Shown: piece by piece, positions 26,890 through 39,480 of the stretch
How positions within the stretch are numbered: the stretch's first letter is position 1
Layout: each line of letters opens with the position of its first letter
Assembly: GCF_036321535.1 (NCBI RefSeq)
Contig: NC_087438.1
Coordinates: 12,898,001-12,962,000, forward strand
Direction: 5' to 3'
Source of the DNA: Camelus dromedarius
Taxonomy: Eukaryota
DNA length: 64,000 nucleotides
Position numbers and translations under genes: made by a program
Notes under the pieces: model-generated
The model's database searches: none
What the model saw: only the letters and a program-made list of their open reading frames with translations
What the model was told of the DNA's origin: nothing

Positions 26890-27161
26890 CCGCCTACAGA
26901 GACGGGCGACTGCTAGGAGCTGAGCTCCAGGCCTAAATTCACAAGAAACTGCTTTGTGCTGACAATCTAAATGAGCTCGGAAGAGGAACCCCAGGCTGAG
27001 ATGAAATTCCAGTCCCATTCAACGCTGGGATTTGAGCCTTGGGAGGCCCTGAGCAGAGAAACCAGCCTCTGATCCATGGAAATTGCAACATAATCAATTT
27101 GTATTAACTTAAGGCACTGAGTTTGTGGTAATTTGTTACACAGTGACAGAAAACGAATACA
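26890..27161 (+). mobile_element. MLT1E/F-like LTR 3' half
   Basis: ccctgagcagagaaaccagc...ctgagtttgtggtaatttgttacacag...gaaaacgaataca. Confidence 0.75.
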
Positions 27162-28143
27162 GCAACTACAAACATTTTGCCATATATTTCCTAGTACACT
27201 TGTATCTCTAGGATATATATGGAAGCTGTGTTCACTGGGTTGTAGGTTGTATGTGTCTTAACTTTGCAAGATATTGATAAATGGCTCCTGTAGGGATTAA
27301 TCCTCTTTACAACCAACTGTGTATAAAATAGCAGCTGACTTTCTCAGGTAAAAAACTACTTATCAAATTGCCCATCTTGTAACCAAGACTCTTCTCTGAT
27401 ACTTCATTTTTCTGGGAAAGCCCTTGACTAACATAGTCACATATCATAATAGAATATTATTAACACATTTTTTTTCTTAAGAATTCATATTGTGGCTTTA
27501 CCTCTCACATTGCAGAGTATAATAATCACATTCTCAAAGTCATAAATATTACTAAAATAGTATCTAAGGATGCTAATTTTAATATGTAACTACTGTTTTT
27601 TTTGTTTTCCTAAAAGACAGAAGCCTTATTGGCTTATGTAAAATACACTGAAAAATAGTACAATACAATGCCTGTGTCTAGAGTGTCCTCCAAATTTTTG
27701 AACAATGCTGAAATAATCAAAGATCCTTTATACACATTAGAGGCAGGCACAAAAGAAAGGTCACTAATTTTGCTTCTGCAGATCTATAATTGTATGTGTT
27801 GCTAAGCAATGGAAGAAAATCACAGCCCTGAAGCTTTAGATTGCTTTTTTCCAACATCCATTGTTAAACAAACAAACAAACAAACAAACAAACTCCCTCC
27901 CAAGACAAATATATGCAGTGATATAATTTTGCATATATTTTTGGAATGTTGTTCAACACTAACACTTAGACAATAAAAAATTAATTTCTCACAGTTAGAA
28001 AATATTCTTTGGCTTTTCTTGTGAAACAATTTCAGATTTTTATTTATCATCTTATTTGGAACAAGATAGTTTTCTTCTGAAAGTCCCAAATAATGTTCAA
28101 TAGCCTCTTTGATATTTATAGTTTTAACATTTGGTACTTTTGG

Positions 28144-28205
28144 GTTTATTTATTCATTTATTTATAATGGAGTTACCAAGACCTCGTGCATGCTAAGCAT
28201 GCACT
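28144..28205 (-). mobile_element. Truncated Vic-1-type SINE
   Basis: Reverse complement agtgcatgcttagcatgcacgaggtcttgg + (aaat)n tail matches the body of the SINE at 16542. Confidence 0.65.
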
Positions 28206-28899
28206 TGGGGCTTTTAATTCCTCACTTAATATTAGTGACATTGTTGATTTTCTGTATTCCTTCATAATTTTGCTGAGCAGATATATGAGGGTGTGCTTGG
28301 CTGACCACTCAGCATATTTGTCGCACATGCCGCATTTTCTCCAAATAAGCTTTTTTTCTCTGTGAAACAGAAGAAAAAGTTCTTTATTTCTTTGTGAAAT
28401 TACCACCCCTCACCTCCACACTCACACATTTCAAGTCTAGTGATGGAAAAAGCAATTAGGACTTGGTTTAAAACTTTCTAATGATAATAATAGTAATGAT
28501 AAAATCCTGGGTGATGGCCAGCTTTGAGATTGCAGGCCCTCTGCGTGTCTTCAGAAAGCAACCCCTTTGACTGTCTTGCATCTCCTTTTGACATTCTGTG
28601 CCGTTCATCGTGACTTCCATAGGCAAGGATCAGATCTGATGGAACTTTTTTTTTTTTTAAATTAAGGTGTTGGATGGGTATCAAACATTCTACAAGAAAC
28701 ACAATTCAGAAGGAAGAAAGAGCCTATGAAAGGTCCTTCAGGCCTTCATGGGTCTCTCTCTCTCTAAAAATGGGGACTTTCTGTACAGTTTTTCATCTGC
28801 TGTGAACCTGCCTTCTTATTGGAACTGTTTTCCTGTCTTTTGTTTTAGGCTTTCCTCAATCCCTCCACTTGTGCCTAAACTGGGGTCGCCTGCCATGCA

Positions 28900-29085
28900 T
28901 CTCCATAATACCCAGTGCATCCTTTTCCGAACATCATCACATTATGCTCTGACTGCATATTTAGCCCAACCCCTGCCCCTAAACTGCATATTTCAACATG
29001 GCAAAGTCCTTATTGATCCACTATCAGTGACATTGTTAGGTATCCACACAGTGCCTGGAATATAGTAGGGACTTACTAATTGAAA
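28900..29085 (+). mobile_element. L2 3' fragment
   Basis: cacacagtgcctggaatatagtagggactta. Confidence 0.5.
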
Positions 29086-29104
29086 ACCCAAGCAATATTA
29101 GTTT

Positions 29105-29480
29105 GGCAATTAAGAGCACGAATTCTGGAGCCACACCGCTTGGGTCAGAGTCCAAGTTCTAATACTGATAAACCGTATTCGCCTCCAAGATCTCCACATA
29201 GGACAACACATCTTATATGCTGCTCAAAACTATGGGGCACCCTTCACATAAATTACAATATAAATGGTCAAACCTGGGGTCCTCATTGCTGATGGCCTTG
29301 GGTAAGTTATTTCATCTCCACTGGTCTTGGTTTTTTCATCTTTAAATTAGGATAACTATTGTTCTTACTTCAAAGAGTAATGGAGATGAAAATAGTTAAT
29401 GTAAGTTAAGTACCAAGAATATTGCCTTCTATAGAGTAAGAGCTTACAACTGTGAAATATTTTTATCTTCTTCTTATAAT
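29105..29480 (+). mobile_element. MIR SINE interrupted by a MER91-like insert
   Basis: taagagcacgaattctggagccacac...gggtc, then ccttgggtaagttatttcatctc...catctttaaattaggataa. Confidence 0.7.
29180..29275. mobile_element. MER91-like hAT-Tip100 fragment
   Basis: ggggcacccttcacataaattacaatataaatgg hairpin-like core. Confidence 0.45.
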
Positions 29481-29888
29481 TATTATTAAATGAGATGTGA
29501 AGCAGTCACAACTCTTGCCTGACATTCCATTAAGTGTATAAATCATTTACTATTTCATTACATTTTAAGGAGTAATCATTAGTTTGTGTCCATTAATTAT
29601 CTTTACAATAATATTTTTTATTTATTGCAAAATAAAAAAATATTCTTTGACTTGTCTCCATGAGCGCTCATCTCTAGGACAGATACCTAGAAGTTGAATC
29701 TGTGGGTCCAAAGATACGCACATGTTCAGCCTAAACGGATGGAGACTAATTGCTTTCTGTGGGGTCACCATATCAGCTAACACTCCTACCAACATGCTAG
29801 TTGTGTTTATGTTCCTGTTTCTCACATCTTTGTCAATACTTGATGTAATCTTGGCCAAGCTGATAGGTGGGAAATATTTCATTGGTCC

Positions 29889-30478
29889 TGTACTGGTTTT
29901 CTATTGCTGCCATAACAAATTACCACAAATCTAGTGGCTTAAAATAACAACCATGTATCATCTCACAGTTCTGTAGATCAGAAGTCTGGGAACAGAGTGG
30001 CTCAGCTGGTCCTGTGTTTAGAATCTCATAAGGGAAGAACCGAGGTGATTGCAGGTCTGTTTTCTTTCTAGATTCTCTGGATGAAACTGCTTCCAAATTC
30101 CATCAGGCTGATGGTGAATTCAGGTCCCTCTCTCCTTACTGGCTGTCAGCCAGGGACCAGGCTTTGCTGTGAAAGGTTGCCTGCATTCCTTTTCTTCCTT
30201 CCATGTGGTTCCCCTCCAGCCAAGGTAGGTCCAGTCCCTGTCACAGTTTGAGTCTCTTAGGTTTCTTCTTGTCTTAGTCTCTCCTTCCAGCTGGAGAAGT
30301 TCTCTGCTTTCAGGGCTCATTTGATTAGACTGAGCCCACCTAGATAATCCAGACTACTATTCCCATCTTTAGGTCCATACTCTAAATCACATCTGAAGCA
30401 TCCTTTTGGCCATGTAATACCAAGGGTTTTAGGGATCAGAGCCTTGGCATCTTTAGGGGAGCATTACTGTACCTACCT
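29889..30478 (-). mobile_element. MLT1D/E-like LTR
   Basis: tgtactggttttctattgctgccataacaaattaccacaaatctagtggcttaaaa; probable 5-bp TSD ggtcc/gatcc. Confidence 0.85.
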
Positions 30479-31288
30479 GATCCTGTTGAGAATTAGCATG
30501 TTTTCTATGTTAATTGCTCATATTGGTTTCATATAGTTTGAGTTGCCTATTCATATACTTTTCCCCCATTTCTTATTGGGTCATTTATATTTTCTTATTA
30601 TTTGTTGTGACTTATTATATACTGTGACTAAAATATTTATAAGCTACATGCATTGGAGTATTTTTAACTTATAGCTTAATTTTTAAATGAGTTTATGATG
30701 TCTTAAAATAGTCAAAACTTTCAAATTTTAGTGTGGTCAAATTTAGCAATAATTTTTCCCTAATATCATAAGGACGTTCATCTGTATTACCTTCTAAAAT
30801 TTTTCTGCTTCCTCTTTTCCCTTATTCTTATTCTTTATTGTGTTTTAAATGATCTGAAATTGATTTTAATGAATGGAGCATTAGAGATAGGTAATAATTT
30901 TATATTTAAAAAGTTGTCACAATACTATTTAATAGTACCAATGTTTCTTCTGGTATGATGTCAAATTACCATATACAAAGTTTCCATGTATTTCTGACTC
31001 TTGAATCACTGCTTTATGACTAACGTCATAATAATATGTAATTATTAACTATAGAAAATCTTTCCTTTCTAATCTTAAGTTTTCCTTGGTTATTCTTTCC
31101 ATCTTTGCTCATACTTGTATATTTTAGAGTCAGTTGGCTAAGCTTTGTGAAGAACTCCAGGAATTTTAAATACTGGCCCTGCATTTGTAGTTTATATTAC
31201 CAAGAATGATCCTCTTCATAATCCTAACTTCCTTTCATTAAAAAACATTGTTTTCCATGAAGGTTTTCTTTTATATTTTTTTGACAGT

Positions 31289-31627
31289 TGCTGTGATCTC
31301 AATGTTTGTGTCTTCTCCAAATAGTTTAAGATCCTAACCTACCTAAGATGAAGCTATTTGGAAGCCTTTGGGGGTGATTAGATGTGACGGTGGTCTCATA
31401 CGTGGGATTAGCTCTCTTCTAACAGAGATCCCACACCGCTCCCTAGTCCCTTCTGCCATGTGAGAACACAAAGACAAGTGTGCCATGTGGAAGAGGGCCC
31501 TCACTCAGCCAGGCTGGCACCCTGATCTCAGACTTCCAGCCTTCAGAACTGTGAGAAATTGATTTCTATTTTTATAAGCCACCCTGTCTATGGCATTTTG
31601 TCACAGCAGCACAAAGAGGCTAAGACA
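31289..31627 (+). mobile_element. MLT1A/MLT1A0 LTR
   Basis: tgctgtg...aatgtttgtgtc start, gctggcaccctgatctcagacttccagccttcagaactgtgagaaa, ctaagaca end. Confidence 0.9.
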
Positions 31628-32839
31628 ATAACTATTATCTTTTTTCCGTAAAGGTTTTGTTGTTGTTGTTATTATTTGTTAGACTAAATTCATGAAGCTT
31701 ATGGCTTTTATTGTTCATCTTATTGATATTATATTTTTAATTACATTATCAAAATATTTTTGGCTGTGTATGGGAATGTTATTGACTTTGTACATTGATC
31801 TCTCTCAGGTACACTTTCTAAATTCTTTTACTATTAACAGATTCTCTTCAATATTCTGCATAGACAAAAATAGTAATTGTGGATATTTATAATTTTGTTT
31901 CTTTCAAGCCTTTATGCTTTTATCTATTTGTCTTGTCTTACTGTACTACCTCAAACTCATAAGATTAGGAAGAGGAAGGATGATGATTGTCATTCTTGTT
32001 TTCTTTATTCTTAAGTTTCATAAAAAATTTTGACATGTGTGTTTGATATACTCCCTTTGTCAAATTTAAAATTTTCCTCATATTCTTATTTTACTCAGAG
32101 TTTGAAATTATGTCTGTGTATTTGATTTTTTCATATTCTTTATGATTATTGTATCTGATTCATTTTTATTTTTGTATTTCTCTTTTAATTGATCAAGATT
32201 ATAAATTACATTAATGTTTTACTAATGCAAAAATATTCTTTCACTCCTGTGATTAAACAAACATTTAAAAACCCAATTAAAAATGCATTGCTGAATTTAA
32301 TTTGCTCATATTTTATTAATGGATAATGTCTTTGCTCATAAGTGAAATTGGCTGAAATTTTCTCGTAGCATCTTTGGTTTGAATGCTTCATTAAATTAAT
32401 TAAAGAAATAAAGACACTCTTTTTCTGTATCCAGGAATAGTTTGCACATAAATTAAATACTAACATTTTTGTGAACATTTTATAGAACATATCTTTTGAC
32501 TTGAATCTTATACTTTTGAATTGCTTAATATTTCTATTTCCTTAATGGTTTTAAATGCATTGACATTTTCTGTTTCTTCTTGAATCAATTTTGATTTTTC
32601 TAGGAACTTATCAATTTCTTATAAGCTTTCATTATGTATGAAATACTGACCTAGATTTCTTTTCAATTTTATTTTTTGTGCTTTTTCCGTTATTTTCTTA
32701 AGCCTCTTACATTGTATGTCTCTTATTTTTTCACATTTCTTTAATGTTTTCTGTATTCTTTTAAAGATTTTTTAATGTCTCATGGTGTCAACTACAACCT
32801 TATTCCTAATGAATTTCAATCCTGATCACATGTCCTCCT

Positions 32840-33330
32840 GAGGCTGTGGTTATTGTACCTGTTCATTTACAGTCACAGTTAAATAAGGCTGTTTAAAGCA
32901 AGTCACCTGGTTCTAAATGTTTTCCTCCCTGCCTCCATTGAATATAGTCTCCTCCCAGTGATGAAGATTAGTTGGCCCTGGCAAGGTAACAACTCCTTTC
33001 TTGCCTGCTGGTCCCTGAACATAAGGAGCTTAAGATGCCCAGGTGGCAGCTATAGTTTTTAATAAATGGGACTTTTGTTGTATATCTCTGTCCCATACAG
33101 TAACAGGATCCAAGCACTGTGTGACTGGGAAGCACACATTCCTTCAGCAATGGTAAGTGTGCACAGACGGTGAGTGTGGCCACTCTTACATATACCCATT
33201 GGTTTGTGGACTTGTGAATTCTTCCTCTTGGGGAGACAATGCCATACAGAGATTTCTGACTGAGTGCATATAGTCCTTCCTGAAGAATGGTGCCCTATCC
33301 TTATAAAGTATTGCCTTCTGCTGGCATATC
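32840..33330 (-). mobile_element. ERV-L pol remnant (integrase C-terminus into dUTPase)
   Basis: Minus-strand pieces GNTL*G*GTILQEGLYALSQKSLYGIVSPRGRIH, LPPGHLKLLMFRDQQARKGV and VTVNEQVQ resemble the ERV-L motifs GNTLQGWGKVLQKAVYALNQRPIYGAVSP..RIH / LPPGHFGLLMPLNQQAKKGV / VIKVNGKLQQP; stops and frameshifts present. Confidence 0.8.
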
Positions 33331-33779
33331 AGCTGCCAACTGGCTACCAAGTGGCTGGTTGGTCTCCTTGAAGTATGGCGCTATAATAACGGGGGCTCAG
33401 CTTTGGTCTCTGTGACTGGCAGGTTGGTTTTTCAGCAGGGACAGTACAGGATCAGCTTTAGTAAGTTCAAGTCCATGGTGTTTTTTCAGTAAATTCCAAA
33501 CTGGCCATTCCCTCTCCAAGTCATCCCCATGCAGCCAAAGTATACATAATCTCATATTTGGAGTTTTGAGGTTCATTAAAGATTTTCAGCATTTCTAGGA
33601 AATTACTGGAGAAATTATCGTATTATATCCATTTCATTTTAATCGAATAATCTGATTTTATTAGATGAGCATTGCATTTTAATAAGAACAAAAAGCTTTT
33701 AAACACAGCACAGAATGGAAATAATTTTGCATTGTAGTTTGCTACAAACCCTGACAGAGTAAGGCAGTATTCTACAGAA

Positions 33780-33953
33780 CAGTGGTCCTTACATGTCTGT
33801 TGCATCCAAATCACCAGCAAGGCTTATTAAATTACAGATGCCTGGGGCCCATCCCGTTTCTGATTTAGCAGGTGTGGAGTTGGGCTGAGATTTGCATTTC
33901 TAGTAAGTTCCCAGTGATGCTAATTCTGCTGGTCCACACTTTAAGAACCACTG
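33780..33953. mobile_element. MER5A hAT-Charlie MITE
   Basis: Terminal inverted repeats cagtggtcctta / taagaaccactg; internal atttgcatttctagtaagttccca. Confidence 0.9.
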
Positions 33954-36016
33954 CATAGGAGATACTGCTTATCTGGCTTACATTTTCTACTCTGGGTTCT
34001 TTTATTCAGTGAGTAGACATTCTATTTTCTCTACATGTCATTTTTAAGGGTTCACTAGCAAAGACATTTCAGACAACAAATCATTTTTGGTGTGATTTGA
34101 TTCCTCTTCTTCTTTCCCTAATTCTTATTTTTTCGGTAGTTCAGGTTCTGCTAGTCCTTTCATATCCTGCTCCATTGTTAGTCCATGAAGCAAGGGCTAC
34201 TGTGTGCCATTGTGTCTGAACTGGCCAGGCACCATTAAATCTCCCTCCCAGCAGTGGCTCCCTAGAAGCCTGATGAAGCTCTGCCTGCTTTTCTGTTTCA
34301 ACACCTCAGGGGACACCTTCAAATGCTTTCTCTTCTCAATCCTCCAAAGCTCCATGATTTTTGTGCCATTGCTTAGAAACCGGGGTTTGCTTTTTGGTCT
34401 CCCTTTCATTTGAACCATATTTCTTTTGTTTATCAAACCACAGATGTGCACAAACCACAAAAGCAACCAGCTCTGTCTCCCAGTCTAAGATAAAAGTTTT
34501 CTCTCAACATCTAACGTGACTGAGCAGAGCATACAGGCGTCTTATTAAGGCTCTCACAGCTGTGTTCAGATCTTTTTTGCACTCGTTCAATGTCTACTAT
34601 AAATACTGAATCTTCAAAAATAAACTCCCAAGGAAATTCTCCAAAGTGTCTCAATAGCCTACTTCTGAAGACATAAAACCTGGAAATAGCTTCTATCTCT
34701 CTTATTTTTTTTGGATTGGCAGCTTTCTGCCTCTCCCCTACACACTTTTTAGGTGCCTGCCAAGCTGTCCAGTGGGACTGTTTTGTTATGATGATTCTTT
34801 GGTAGCGAGGACAAGACAGTAACTCCTGTCAGAGGTGAACCCGGAGCTTTTAAGGAGCAGAAATATTGGGATGACAACTTGCAAAGATCCTCTGGGCTAC
34901 CCCAGCTCAACGGTATCACTATTTAATCAATTTATGTCCAACTTTATGTACACTATATATATCCATTGTCCTATATAATATTCACACTAATGAACAGAAA
35001 ACATATGCTATCATACCTTACTTAGCTTTTGATTTTATAAGCATGCATTCCTTACCATCTTCATTTTATTTTTTTAATGGTTTACAATATAATTAATAAC
35101 CTAAATCAGAAACATTGAAACTTGGATCTGAAACAAACCATTTTTTATTTGCTGTCCTTTAGGTAACCTCAGTCCTCAAGATTTAACATTTATTGTATCC
35201 ATTCTCCTAACACATTCTGTTTATACTTTATGCAAATTGTAAGATCATAAAGCATTCCATGAAGATGTTAGTTATGCATGCTTTATGACACTATTAATGC
35301 ATCTTTGCACGTTTAAAATGGCACATTGGCAAAAAATTGATTAAGCACTCTATATTTTATAAACTGAAACTAATTGTTTAACTAGATGGATTAGTTAGAA
35401 TCAGTGAGACTTGTGGGAGCACATGTTGAATTGTTTTCATGCCTTTCTAATTTCATTATAAAAAATTTCTGCAAATGAATGGCTTTAAGTAGAGCGCATC
35501 TCGATTTATAGGCAATGGGAGTATGTCTAGTTTCTCCAAATATATGTTCAAACTAATAAAAAAAAGACTAATGGACACATTATTGCACTTTTATGGTACA
35601 TATTTTTGCAAGCCACATTAAAATAAAACTAGTTCAGGGATTTGCAAATTATTCAAAATTTTATCTAAAAGATTTGCTCTAACTATACTCACTATGAAAG
35701 TTTGACCTTTTCTCCCCCTATCTCTTGTGACCGTAGCTCAGGGAAGAAATAATGAATTTCACTTAGTCACTTACATTGCTATTATGCAGGTTTTAATGGT
35801 GCTCACAGATGCATCCGCTTTGAATTTTGCAGCAATGAAATCCGTCATGGTTGTCTCCACGAGAATAAAATTTTTGCTTTTGCTAAGTTTTCTCAGTAAT
35901 ACTTCTGCCAAGTTTAATTATCTTGAACTTGATTATTCTTACATGCGAAGTCTCAACATTGATTAGACTCAGCTTAAACCTTGCAAGATTTTTACCTCTT
36001 TCCAAAACATCCATTA

Positions 36017-36192
36017 GATCTTTGGTCCATAAGACTTTGGCCCAGGCCAAGAGGTTCCTGAAATTTGGTCCTATCTAAGATGTTCATGAGCATATCTGGT
36101 CTATGCCAAATGGTTTTGAACAAGACCAAATATCAAGGATCTTTTGGTGTGGACCAAATGTCTTAAAAACGTTTTGGACAAGACCTAATGTC
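36017..36192. repeat. Palindromic array of ~21-bp units (probable ancient MITE-like element)
   Basis: Three units TTTTGRnnnrGACCWAATRTC at 36114, 36142, 36172, mirrored by inverted units at 36091, 36060, 36033. Confidence 0.75.
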
Positions 36193-36354
36193 TGCTAATC
36201 AAATTGAAACATACGACTGGTTTTAATAAACATGGTCCAGATACTTATGATCTATTCCTGCTCACAAGGAAATAGATATATTTTAAATCTTTTCTGATGT
36301 CAGTTATTCCAAACTCTGTTTGCCAAACTCCTGGCATTTTCAATTTTATGTATT

Positions 36355-36660
36355 GTTTGTATCATTTAGTGTAAAGACCAAGCTACAGTAATAAGAAGAC
36401 CACAATGTATATAGCATCTCAAATAAGGCAGGTGATTACTTTTCTCTTATGAAATAGTTCCAACCAAGGTAAGTGGGCCAGGGTGGGGAGGCAGTTGCAT
36501 TCTATGTGATTATTCAGAAATCGGGGCTCCTTCTCTCCTGCTGCTCTTCCATCCCTTAGGGTCTTGCCTCTTCCAAGTTCTGGATTGCAGGAGAACAAAC
36601 TGTGAAATGGGAAGCGAGCGATTTCTTAAGGAGAATGAATTTGGGGGCAGTAATTGTCAG
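36355..36660 (-). mobile_element. MLT1K/J-like LTR fragment
   Basis: agctacagtaataa...aaataaggcagg...tattcagaaatc...ctccttc...gctcttccatccct. Confidence 0.5.
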
Positions 36661-37287
36661 CCTCCTGTCTTCCCTTTTGAGGAATAGCAAGTTGATTTTA
36701 CTATGTCTAGTTATAATCCTTATTCTCTATTCAAAATCATATTAAAATATATAGTCTTCAAAATTGTTTTGTGATTGAAATGTATACATGAGTAGTTGAC
36801 ATATAAAATTGCACGCTGGTATAAAATATCCACTTTATGAGCGTATCTAATAAGAAAGCTATGGTACCCACATTCAAACCTTTCGGTCTATAACCCCATG
36901 GGATTAACATTTCCACCTAACTTGACCATCTTTAAATGTTTATATCCTTTAGGGGGTTACAGGAACCTTTTAACATTATTGAACTTTAAAATATGGTATT
37001 TAGATTCCTGCCACGATGTCTCTGTAGCTTTCCTCATAAATATGTAAAATATAATTGTGACCTCACAAATACATTTGTTGATTTATAGCATTTATATTTT
37101 TACTATAAAATGTGGCATTAAAAATGAACATTAAACCAAACATTAAATATCATTGGCATTAAGTTTGAAGGAGATTTAAAATTATGAAATATAACTTGAT
37201 ATTAAAATCATGATACAGAATTGTGTTTTTAAATGAATAAGCACTAAGAAAACCTTTTTAAAAAATGATCACTATCTCAGGAAGGCT

Positions 37288-37350
37288 ATATGTGTGTGTG
37301 TATGTGTGTGTATGTATATATGTATATATGTATGTATACATACACACATA
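37288..37350. repeat. (TG)/(TA)/(CA) compound microsatellite
   Basis: Direct. Confidence 0.85.
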
Positions 37351-37784
37351 TACATTGATATATATACACATTTTTTTCTATTTCCCTCTATAATGGGCTA
37401 TATGATATGCCATTTAAAAAAACTGAATGGATAAATGTAAGAGCAGCAGTGGTATTTTTTTCCTAGATAATTCTGTCTACTGGATTTTCAGCTTGGACAT
37501 TTTCCCATCTTTAATTGTGGAAATATTTTTCACTATAGGTAAGCTTTTAAGCTATAAATAAATTTGCATTAATATGAATTGGGATCTCTCATGGCTCTAA
37601 TATTTGAAGTTACTTTAATGTTACAATTTGTTTTATAAGGCTATTTGTTTTAGTCAAATATCCAGATATGAGAAAATGTTTTATAATTTATAACTTGATT
37701 CAAATTTTTTGGATTTTATTTAGCAACTTCTTTATCATTCTCCCAGTTAATAATCCAGCATGCTATAATGGAAATTGATTTCTC

Positions 37785-37920
37785 CTAGGAATTAGAAAAC
37801 TTGACATGGAATTCCAGCTCTGTGACTGACTTTGTTCTGAGATCTTGAATAAGACATTAACATTTTCTGTCTCAATTTTTTAATCTTAGTATAAGGGCAT
37901 CAGAAACTCCTAATTCCATT
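37785..37920 (+). mobile_element. MIR SINE fragment
   Basis: attccagctctgtgactgac...cttgaataagacattaacattttctgtctcaattt. Confidence 0.55.
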
Positions 37921-38115
37921 TTAAAATTGTATAAATCACTTTTAAGAGACTTTTATAACTCACACTGTTATATTCATTAGATAAAAAGATGATTTAGATA
38001 CAATCTTGCCTCAAGAGCCATCTTGCCTTGTAGATTAAAATGGTCAGTATCAAAATGCCCACCTAATGGTACTGGTCTAAATAAGCAAAAGTTAACCTAT
38101 GTTAAAGCTATTCTG

Positions 38116-38290
38116 CAACAAGGACCTACTGTATAGCACCAGGGACTATATTGAATTTCTTGTAACGAGCTGTAATGGAGAAAAATCTGAAAAAAATATG
38201 TATACACGTGTATAATTGAGTTGCTTTGCTGTACACAAGAAATTAACATTGTAAATAGATTATACTTCAATAAAAATAAGAATTAAAAAA
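38116..38290 (+). mobile_element. Short L1 3' end with polyA signal and tail
   Basis: caacaaggacctactgtatagcaccaggga...ttgctgtacac...ttcaataaaa; TSD tattctg (38109) / tattctg (38291). Confidence 0.85.
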
Positions 38291-38954
38291 TATTCTGGTG
38301 AAATCTTTGCATTTCATAATTCAGGTAGAACACTATTCCTAAGTAAACAAATGAAAATGACCTCATATGTTTTCTGTCATAACACTAACGTATCAAACTA
38401 CAGCAAAATGCCTAGAACAATTTGAGAAGAAAAATCCTTGATGAAGGAATTGTACAGAAAACTATGAAGACTGCATATGGAAACAAAAAAAGGTTTGCTT
38501 TCTGATTTGTAAAGTTGATACTGCATATCATTCATATTTCCTACCTCTCAAAATTATGATTGAGATCTACCAAGTGTGCAAATGAAACAGAAACTCAAGA
38601 ATGAGGAAACAGTGCTTCAAGGAAGTCACAACATATATCTTGTTTGACCTAAGTAATAAGAACTGTCATTTCAAAATGGTAATTGAATGGAAACATTATA
38701 CATGATTCTCAAATTACTTAGCAAAATAATTTTAAAAGTAATAAGAATGTGTGATGTATAATAACCATATGTAATATTATATGTTATAATATAATAACAC
38801 ACAATGTAGATGGCATTGGTAATGAAAAATGACTGGGGGAAGATTAGAATAATACAAAATCTTGTTAAATCTTCTCCTTTTTAGGGACATTCAATAGGTA
38901 CATTTTTAATATTTCACAATAAACTCATGCACCTAAAACTAAAATTAGATATTA

Positions 38955-39480
38955 TATTGTATCAGAATAATTGTATTATACCAGAAGCCAGAGAGTAAAC
39001 AGGGGGCACCTCTAAAGTGTTACTTAATGAAAATATATTTGCAATGGTTTGGACAGGATTAATGGGAACCACTGAAGGTTGTTTGAATGATTAACAGGAA
39101 ACATCAAAGTGCAGCACTCCAGGGCCTGCAGCAGCAGACTAACTACCCCCTCTGAAGGCCTGAAGAAGCCATGGAAAGAACTGATCCTCACCCGGCTCAG
39201 TCTGGTAGCTGTAGATGAGCATCTGTAGCCTGCAGTGAAGGGAACTGTCTCTGGCAAACCATGGTGCATTATGGGAGGAACCCAGCAAAGAAGTACCCCA
39301 AATTTCTCTCTCCACCCGCCCTCTGATTTGCTGCTGGTGCCTCCCATTGGCCAAACTCAACTAGATCCTGGGAGTGTTGTGGTCCAGGGGATGCAATTCC
39401 AAAGTACAATCTCTTGGGGCAGAATGTCGAGTGCAATAGGACGGGGTACATCCAAAGGGGCACTGACACTAATGGAGTGA
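38955..39480 (-). mobile_element. LTR33-like ERV-L LTR
   Basis: gcagcactccagggc, ccctctgatttgctgctggtgcctcccattggccaaactcaac, gtccaggggatgca. Confidence 0.7.

Larger units (their letters stand above)
29620..32760 (-). mobile_element. Long decayed L1 (L1ME-like), interrupted by two MLT1 LTRs
   Basis: tctctaggacagatacctagaagt, gttgcctattcatatac, atattttagagtcagtt, attgactttgtacattgatc, tcataagtgaaattggc in collinear order. Confidence 0.7.

Noticed and set aside
36017..36192. CRISPR-like repeat-spacer appearance
   Set aside because: Spacers only ~7-10 bp, orientation flips midway, units degenerate, mammalian context, no cas genes
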